Shown piece after piece: positions 54,567-64,000 of a stretch of 64,000 bases of DNA (positions are counted from its first letter, which is position 1; each line of letters opens with the position of its first letter). Source of the stretch: Eledone cirrhosa (taxonomy: Eukaryota); assembly GCA_964016885.1 (NCBI GenBank), contig OZ024765.1, forward strand, positions 19,778,001 to 19,842,000, read 5' to 3'. The notes below the pieces were generated by a model. The model was given only the letters and a program-made list of their open reading frames with translations. It ran no database searches and was not told where the DNA came from. A program made the translations under genes and the position numbers.

Positions 54567-57500
54567 TATACCGTAAAACACTTGGTTTACGATGGACTAT
54601 TCAGTGCTGATACAAATGATTGTTTTGACATTAAATCCCGCAAATACCCACCAACATACACCCTATAATATACCGTAAAACACTTGGTTTACGATGGACT
54701 ATTCAGTGCTGATACAAATGATTGTTTTGACATTAAATCCCGCAAATACCCACCAACATACACCCTATAATACACCGTAAAACACTTGGTTTACGATGGA
54801 CTATTCAGTGCTGATACAAATGATTGTTTTGACATTAAATCCCGCAAATACCCACCAACATACACCCTATAATACACCGTAAAACACTTGGTTTACGATG
54901 GACTATTCAGTGCTGATACAAATGAATTGTTTTGACATTAAATCCCGCAAATACCCACCAACATACACCCTATAATACACCGTAAAACACTTGGTTTACG
55001 ATGGACTATTCAGTGCTGATACAAATGAATTGTTTTGACATTAAATCCCGCAAATACCCACCAACATACACCCTATAATACACCGTAAAACACTTGGTTT
55101 ACGATGGACTATTCAGTGCTGATACAAATGATTGTTTTGACATTAAATCCCGCAAATACCCACCAACATACACCCTATAATACACCGTAAAACACTTGGT
55201 TTACGATGGACTATTCAGTGCTGATACAAATGATTGTTTTGACATTAAATCCCGCAAATACCCACCAACATACACCCTATAATATACCGTAAAACACTTG
55301 GTTTACGATGGACTATTCAGTGCTGATACAAATGATTGTTTTGACATTAAATCCCGCAAATACCCACCAACATACACCCTATAATATACCGTAAAACACT
55401 TGGTTTACGATGGACTATTCAGTGCTGATACAAATGAATTGTTTTGACATTAAATCCCGCAAATACCCACCAACATACACCCTATAATATACCGTAAAAC
55501 ACTTGGTTTACGATGGACTATTCAGTGCTGATACAAATGAATTGTTTTGACATTAAATCCCGCAAATACCCACCAACATACACCCTATAATATACCGTAA
55601 AACACTTGGTTTACGATGGACTATTCAGTGCTGATACAAATGAATTGTTTTGACATTAAATCCCGCAAATACCCACCAACATACACCCTATAATACACCG
55701 TAAAACACTTGGTTTACGATGGACTATTCAGTGCTGATACAAATGATTGTTTTGACATTAAATCCCGCAAATACCCACCAACATACACCCTATAATATAC
55801 CGTAAAACACTTGGTTTACGATGGACTATTCAGTGCTGATACAAATGAATTGTTTTGACATTAAATCCCGCAAATACCCACCAACATACACCCTATAATA
55901 TACCGTAAAACACTTGGTTTATGATGGACTATTCAGTGCTGATACAAATGAATTGTTTTGACATTAAATCCCGCAAATACCCACCAACATACACCCTATA
56001 ATACACCGTAAAACACTTGGTTTACGATGGACTATTCAGTGCTGATACAAATGATTGTTTTGACATTAAATCCCGCAAATACCCACCAACATACACCCTA
56101 TAATATACCGTAAAACACTTGGTTTACGATGGACTATTCAGTGCTGATACAAATGAATTGTTTTGACATTAAATCCCGCAAATACCCACCAACATACACC
56201 CTATAATACACCGTAAAACACTTGGTTTACGATGGACTATTCAGTGCTGATACAAATGATTGTTTTGACATTAAATCCCGCAAATACCCACCAACATACA
56301 CCCTATAATATACCGTAAAACACTTGGTTTACGATGGACTATTCAGTGCTGATACAAATGATTGTTTTGACATTAAATCCCGCAAATACCCACCAACATA
56401 CACCCTATAATATACCGTAAAACACTTGGTTTACGATGGACTATTCAGTGCTGATACAAATGAATTGTTTTGACATTAAATCCCGCAAATACCCACCAAC
56501 ATACACCCTATAATATACCGTAAAACACTTGGTTTACGATGGACTATTCAGTGCTGATACAAATGAATTGTTTTGACATTAAATCCCGCAAATACCCACC
56601 AACATACACCCTATAATATACCGTAAAACACTTGGTTTACGATGGACTATTCAGTGCTGATACAAATGAATTGTTTTGACATTAAATCCCGCAAATACCC
56701 ACCAACATACACCCTATAATACACCGTAAAACACTTGGTTTACGATGGACTATTCAGTGCTGATACAAATGATTGTTTTGACATTAAATCCCGCAAATAC
56801 CCACCAACATACACCCTATAATATACCGTAAAACACTTGGTTTACGATGGACTATTCAGTGCTGATACAAATGATTGTTTTGACATTAAATCCCGCAAAT
56901 ACCCACCAACATACACCCTATAATATACCGTAAAACACTTGGTTTACGATGGACTATTCAGTGCTGATACAAATGAATTGTTTTGACATTAAATCCCGCA
57001 AATACCCACCAACATACACCCTATAATATACCGTAAAACACTTGGTTTACGATGGACTATTCAGTGCTGATACAAATGAATTGTTTTGACATTAAATCCC
57101 GCAAATACCCACCAACATACACCCTATAATATACCGTAAAACACTTGGTTTACGATGGACTATTCAGTGCTGATACAAATGAATTGTTTTGACATTAAAT
57201 CCCGCAAATACCCACCAACATACACCCTATAATACACCGTAAAACACTTGGTTTACGATGGACTATTCAGTGCTGATACAAATGATTGTTTTGACATTAA
57301 ATCCCGCAAATACCCACCAACATACACCCTATAATATACCGTAAAACACTTGGTTTACGATGGACTATTCAGTGCTGATACAAATGAATTGTTTTGACAT
57401 TAAATCCCGCAAATACCCACCAACATACACCCTATAATATACCGTAAAACACTTGGTTTACGATGGACTATTCAGTGCTGATACAAATGAATTGTTTTGA

Positions 57501-57862
57501 CATTAAATCCCGCAAATACCCACCAACATACACCCTATAATATACCGTAAAACACTTGGTTTACGATGGACTATTCAGTGCTGATACAAATGAATTGTTT
57601 TGACATTAAATCCCGCAAATACCCACCAACATACACCCTATAATATACCGTAAAACACTTGGTTTACGATGGACTATTCAGTGCTGATACAAATGAATTG
57701 TTTTGACATTAAATCCCGCAAATACCCACCAACATACACCCTATAATATACCGTAAAACACTTGGTTTACGATGGACTATTCAGTGCTGATACAAATGAA
57801 TTGTTTTGACATTAAATCCCGCAAATACCCACCAACATACACCCTATAATACACCGTAAAAC
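54567..57862. repeat. 102/103-bp satellite (~32 units)
   Basis: Unit begins CCGTAAAACACTTGGTTTACGATGGACTATTCAGTGCTG; near-identical copies. Confidence 0.97.
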
Positions 57863-58296
57863 AAGCAAATATTTTGTAAAAAAACATTGATCTCGAATAA
57901 AGCCTTATGAGATTTTCATTTAGAAGCAATGATTTTAAAGGATAGACAGATAACCCATTTTTTTTTTTGTTTTTCATCTCCATCCAATTTCTTTGTTTCA
58001 AAATAACTGATAGTTTGGTTACGCTGATGTTTTTCTCTGAGACAAGTGTTGCAGTGTTTACATTTTTGATTTTTGTTAATAGATTACCAGTTTTTATCCC
58101 CAGCATCCTCTTTTGTTTTAATATTCGGGTTATAGTTAAGTTTTCTTAACTTCATTAGGCATACTGTTGGTTGAAGGAATATTAATCAAAAGTACAACAT
58201 GAAAGTCTACACTGTAGACTCTACAGTTTTTAAGCCAGAAAGGAACTTTAACACAGCTACAGAGCAGCCCCGAGCAACGCCGGGTTTTACTGCTAG
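57863..58296 (+). mobile_element. Helitron 3' region
   Basis: GC-rich hairpin CCCGAGCAACGCCGGG, 8 nt, CTAG, followed by T; 5' end not located. Confidence 0.65.
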
Positions 58297-58329
58297 TATA
58301 TGTATATATCTGTGTTAGTTTTTTTATAT

Positions 58330-58469
58330 ATTCAATTATAATATATATATATATAGTTACCTGTCATATATATATATATATATATATAGTTACCTGTCAT
58401 ATATATATAGTTAACTGTCATATATATATATATAGTTACCTGTCATATATATATATATAGTTACCTGTC

Positions 58470-58500
<31 letters not shown>

Positions 58501-59047
58501 CCTGTAATCATCATCATCATCATCATCATCATTTTACGTCCGCTTTTTCCCTGCTTGCAAGGGTGGGACGGGAACTGATTCTGGCTTGATTTCTACAGCT
58601 GGATGCTTTGCAGTGGAATGATAGGGACCCCAGTCCCTATCATCTCATTTCTACAGCTGAGTAAACTGGAGCAATGTGAAATAAAGTGTCTTGCTCAAGG
58701 AAACAACACATCACCCGGTCTGAGAATTGAACTCACAACCTGTCGATTGCAAGGCCAATGCTCTAACCACTAAGCCATGTGCCTCCATATATATATAGTT
58801 ACCTGTAATATATATATATATATATATAGTTACCTGTAATATATATATATATATATATAGTTACCTGTAATATATTATATATATATATATATAGTTACCT
58901 GTAATATATTATATATATATATATATATATAGTTACCTGTAATATATTATATATATATATATATATATAGTTACTTGTAATATATTATATATATATATAT
59001 ATATAGTTACTTGTAATATATTATATATATATATATAGTTACTTGTA

Positions 59048-59103
<56 letters not shown>

Positions 59104-59107
59104 CCTG

Positions 59108-59146
<39 letters not shown>

Positions 59147-59201
59147 CTTGTAATATATTATATATATATATATAGTTACTTGTAATATATTATATATATA
59201 T
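58330..59201. repeat. GTTAC(C/T)TGT motif repeated with variable (TA)n spacers, interrupted by a SINE
   Basis: About 16 copies. Confidence 0.9.
58508..58786 (-). mobile_element. SINE-C, RTE-A tail, internal deletion
   Basis: Homology to 18153 copy. Confidence 0.85.
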
Positions 59202-59284
59202 AAACAAAAGGAGGATAGGCTTGGCTGGATGTATCCACCAGATAAGGGTTCAGAGTTCGGCTTTGTGTCTAAATATAACACACT

Positions 59285-60437
59285 GCCACCACCACTACCT
59301 CAACAACCACCACTACACCACCACCACAACCACCACATCACCACCACTACCAACACCACCACTACACCACCACCACATCGCCACCACACCACCACCACCA
59401 CACCACCACCACCACTACACCACCACCACTACACCACCACCACCACCACCACCACCACATCACCACCACCACCACATCATCACCACCACCACTACACCAC
59501 CACTACACCACCACTTCACCACCACCACTTCACCACTACACCACCACTTCACCACCACCACTACACCACCACTTCACCACTACACCACCACCACCACCAC
59601 CAACAACAACAACAACCACCACCACACCACCACCACCACCACCACCACAGACACCACCACCACCACCACCACTACACCACCACCACCACCACCACTACAC
59701 CATCACCACCACCACACCCACCACCACACCACCACCACTACACCACCACCACAGACACCACTACACCACCACCACCACCCCCAAAACAACAATAAACTTC
59801 CTGTTGCTATATTATTTGTTTACTAAAATCATTACAGCACCAGACCGTAGAACGTCTTGTTTATCCCCCTCGTCTTATACCTCCGACACACAATATAGTA
59901 CCTCGATAAAAAGAAAATAAACTTTGTCTTTTTTAATTTTTACTTTCATTTTATTTCTTTTTTCGAAAGTAAATTTTATTTACAAATGAAATTATAGAAA
60001 TATAGAAAACGAGGAGGAGGGTGGGAAATTGTCACTGTACAATGGTGGTGGTGGTGTTGGTGGTGGTGGTGGTGTTGTTGTTGTTGGTGGTGGTGGTGGT
60101 GGTGGTGTTGGTGGTGGTATGGTGGTGGTGGTGGTGGTGGTGGTTGTGGTTGTGTTGGTGGTGGTAGAGGTGGTGGTGTTGTTGGTGGTGTGGTGTTGTT
60201 GTTGTGTTGGTGGTGGTGGTGGTGTTGGTGGTGGTAGCGGTGTGGTGTTGTGGTGGTGGTGGTGGTGTTGGTGGTGGTAGCGGTGTGGTGTTGGTGGTGG
60301 TGTTGTTGGTGGTGTGGTGGTGGTGTTGGTGGTGGTAGCGGTGTGGTGTTGGTGATGGTAGAGGTGGTGGTGGTGGTAGTGGTAGAGGTGGTGTAGGCCG
60401 TGGTGGTAGAGGTGGTGGTAGAGTTGGTGGTGGTGGT
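59285..60437. repeat. (CAC)n field (59285-59790) and (GGT)n field (60040-60437)
   Basis: Direct inspection. Confidence 0.95.
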
Positions 60438-60676
60438 ATAAAAGACAAAGAGAGTAAGTGAAGGAAAATAGAAAGAGTAAGAGATAATAGAGGAAGATAG
60501 AGTAATAGACAAGGTGGGGGTAGGAATAGATAGTGAACGAGAGAGTATAAGACAAGGTGGGGGTAAAAGTAGAGAGAGAGAGAGAGTAAAAGACGATGTC
60601 GTAGTAGGAGTATATATGTGAAGGGGAGGAAAAGTTAGTTGATATCACTCCGCCGGACTTTGTTGTTTTTTCTCAG

Positions 60677-60736
60677 AGGAAAAGTTAAATTCGTCATCGT
60701 TCGTGAACCAGGAACTTGTTAACTTACTTGGTAAAG
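60677..60736 (+). other. Possible small exon of an unknown host gene
   Basis: TTGTTGTTTTTTCTCAG| 60 nt |GTAAAC; one open frame EKLNSSSFVNQELVNLLGK; CpG-retaining unique DNA. Confidence 0.2.
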
Positions 60737-60948
60737 GTAAACTTTATTAATTCATTAATTTATTGAATATTTAACTTAATAATTATTGTTACACCACCTT
60801 GAATTTCGTATTTATATATATATATGTGTATATATATATATATATATATAACAAAATTGTTTAAAATTTATATGTACAAATGATATGGTTTTTAGTTTCA
60901 AGCTTGAGAGGGAGTGTAAGATAATGAAGGAGTAACCATTCCACCTTG

Positions 60949-60984
<36 letters not shown>

Positions 60985-60988
<4 letters not shown>

Positions 60989-61184
60989 AGAGTCAGGACT
61001 CCGACAGCTGACCTCCGGCCGTTTATACGGCTATTTCTGGACTCAGAAGTCCAGAAATAGCCGTCGAAACGGCTTGAGCTCTGCCGTCGGGGTCGTACTT
61101 TTTCCTATTACCCACTCTATTACCCTAAGTATTGAGTACTCTGGTGCGTTATAGTCCATCTGGTTTCTTACCATAATTCCTTCG

Positions 61185-61187
<3 letters not shown>
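60985..61187. mobile_element. Fold-back element, family F
   Basis: Homology to 37017-37218. Confidence 0.75.
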
Positions 61188-61241
<54 letters not shown>

Positions 61242-61503
61242 CACAAACCTTATCGAACCCTCTTCGGATTTTGGTCGTTGTATTTACTATATAAATATAT
61301 ATAAGTGAAGAACGTTATCCTGTCATATTCTTTGGTTAGATATGTTCTCTGTCTTAACAATATCTTCTTATATCTTCTTAAATATCTCTCGTATCTTCCA
61401 CCCATAGCTACATAAACACATTGAGCTTTGTATAAAACTATTTGACAGTCACATACTTTCTTATATAGCTCCCTACATACACGGTTATAGATTTTTACCT
61501 TGG

Positions 61504-61539
<36 letters not shown>

Positions 61540-61543
<4 letters not shown>

Positions 61544-63341
61544 GTAATAATAATAATAATGAAAGTATTGTTTACAGTGTTCAGGTGCACTACAACTCAT
61601 CAAAGGTGCATGTGTAGTACATAGAATAATTGTTTCTACTTTAGGCACAAGGCCAGCAATTACCCAGTACATTACTGGTACTTTATTTTATCGACCCCGT
61701 AAGGATGAAAGGCAAAGTCAACCTCGGCGGGATTTGAACTCAGATCGTAAAGGGACGTAACTATGCTGGAAAGCATGGCGTCAGACCCTCTACCGATACT
61801 GCCAATCCACCACTTGACATAGAATAATGTACAAATGTCAGGAAAGTGAACAGTGTATGAGTATGATATACATGTGTGTGTGTGTGTGTGTAGGGGGGGG
61901 GGATATCAGGTGTATTGTTGATGAATCTCAGGAAGCATGGAGGTTTTAAAGGATGCAGTGTCTCGACAGCTAACAACTGATGCAGGTAGTTTGTTCCATG
62001 GAGGTTTTCAAGGATGCAGTGTCTCCACAGCTAACAACTTATGCAGGGAGTTTGTTCCATGGAGGTTTTAAAGGATGCAGTGTCTTGACAGCTAACAACT
62101 TATGCAGGGAGTTTGTTCCATGGAGGTTTTAAAGGATGCAGTGTCTTGACAGCTAACAACTGATGCAGGTAGTTTGTTCCATGGAGGTTTTCAAGGATGC
62201 AGTGTCTCCACAGCTAACAACTTATGCAGGGAGTTTGTTCCATGGAGGTTTTAAAGGATGCAGTGTCTTGACAGCTAACAACTTATGCAGGGAGTTTGTT
62301 CCATGGAGGTTTTAAAGGATGCAGTGTCTTGACAGCTAACAACTGATGCAGGTAGTTTGTTCCATGGAGGTTTTAAAGGATGCAGTGTCTTGACAGCTAA
62401 CAACTTATGCAGGGAGTTTGTTCCATGGAGGTTTTAAAGGATGCAGTGTCTTGACAGCTAACAACTTATGCAGGTAGTTTGTTCCATGGAGGTTTTAAAG
62501 GATGCAGTGTCTCAACAGCTAACAACTGATGCAGGTAGTTTGTTCCATGGAGGTTTTAAAGGATGCAGTGTCTCGACAGCTAACAACTGATGCAGGAAGT
62601 TTGTTCCATGGAGGTTTTAAAGGATGCAGTGTCTCGACAGCTATCAACTGATGCAGGTAGTTTGTTCCATGGAGGTTTTAAAGGGTGCAGTGTCTCGACA
62701 GCTAACAACTGATGCAGGGAGTTTGTTCCATGGAGGTTTTAAAGGATGCAGTGTCTCGACAGCTAACAACTGATGCAGGTAGTTTGTTCCATAGAGGTTT
62801 TAAAGGATGCAGTGTCTCGACAGCTAACAACTGATGCAGGGAGTTTGTTCCATGGAGGTTTTAAAGGATGCAGTGTCTCGACAGCTAACAACTGATACAG
62901 GTAGTTTGTTCCATGGAGGTTTTAAAGGATGCAGTGTCTCGACAGCTAACATCTGATGCAGGTAGTTTGTTCCATGGAGGTTTTAAAGGATGCAGTGTCT
63001 CGACAGCTAACAACTGATGCAGGGAGTTTATTCCATGGAGGTTTTAAAGGATGCAGTGTCTTGACAGCTAACGACTGATGCAGGGAGTTTGTTCCATGGA
63101 GGTTTTAAAGGATGCAGTGTCTCGACAGCTAACAACTGATGCAGGTAGTTTGTACCATGGAGGTTTTAAAGGATGCAGTGTCTCGACAGCTAACAACTGA
63201 TGCAGGTAGTTTGTTACATGGAGGTTTTAAAGGATGCAGTGTCTTGACAGCTAACAACTGATGCAGGTAGTTTGTTCCATGGAGGTTTTAAAGGATGCAG
63301 TGTCTCGACAGCTAACTACTGATGCAGGAAGTTTGTTCCAT
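61540..63341 (-). mobile_element. Second CR1/L2 3' end plus SINE-M (61631-61816) plus 61-bp array (~23 units, 61936-63341)
   Basis: Same order as 46954-48910; SINE TSD ACATAGAATAAT at 61619-61630 and 61817-61828. Confidence 0.8.
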
Positions 63342-63735
63342 CATTATTATCATCATCCTCATCATCATCAATATCATCACAATCATCATCATTATTTAAC
63401 ATCCATCTTCCCTGCTAGTAAGGGTTGGACAAGTCTTCACAGACTGAGTCACTACTCAAGAGGAACTATTGAACTCTCAGATGGGTCGGAGGCCTATATC
63501 TCACATTGTTGTACTCTATCCAATACATTTTATCATGGCATTAGCACAAGGTATGTTGTCATTTCTTTGACACAGCTGAAGTTTACCCCTGCTGAACCTT
63601 TGCTTGGCAGGTTTCGTATCACCAACCCCTTTACTTACTGTACTGGATGTGCTTATTATATCATCAACACTCACTAGGGAGTTTGTATAAAACTATTTGA
63701 CAGTCACATACTTTCTTATATAGCTCCCTATATAA

Positions 63736-63957
63736 GAAGGCGCGCGGCTGAGTGGTTAGAGAATTGGGTTCGCAATCGTGAGGTTGTGAGTTCGATTCCC
63801 GGACCGGGCGTTGCGTTATGTCCTTGGGCAAGACACTTTATTTCACGTTGCTCCTTCTACCTGGAGTTGCGACCGATAGATAGTATTAGAAATTGGAAAG
63901 ACCAACGGAAACATTGTTTCCTCGGTCCGATTTGACGAAAGTCAGTTCAATAGAAAA
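63736..63957 (+). mobile_element. SINE-P inserted in a (TA)n-associated repeat related to 61425-61505
   Basis: A/B boxes; TSD ATAGCTCCCTA at 63720-63730 and 63958-63968. Confidence 0.8.
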
Positions 63958-64000
63958 ATAGCTCCCTACATACATGGTTATAGATTTTTACCTTATATAT

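Noticed and set aside
54567-57862. 5S rRNA, snRNA or tRNA tandem array
   Set aside because: Unit has no recognisable 5S, snRNA or tRNA sequence or Pol III boxes

Overview
AT-rich animal genomic DNA that is almost entirely repeats. The SINE types and (TA)n/(CAT)n load suggest a cephalopod, probably octopod (inference). No cellular protein-coding gene is recognisable, so the window is intergenic or intronic, and nearly all listed ORFs are read-throughs of microsatellites or 3n-length satellites. Contents: several RTE-clade LINE families (one uninterrupted 888-aa EN-RT-PHD ORF at 23976-26642), CR1/L2 and CRE 3' remnants, three tRNA-derived SINE families, hAT, pogo/Tc1 and piggyBac-type non-autonomous DNA elements, a Helitron 3' end, and about 13 tandem arrays, most amplified in place from a piece of a transposon. 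Main finding: many 150-550 bp elements inserted in (TA)n tracts, often fold-back palindromes, carry hand-foldable type I hammerhead ribozymes followed by AATAAA, the signature of Penelope-like pseudo-LTRs/retrozymes. Three families plus an orphan fragment share an extended helix II with a conserved C-C/C-U mismatch at base pair 4, and two motifs have a ~80-nt branched helix II domain. All folds were made by eye, element boundaries are approximate, and activity is untested.
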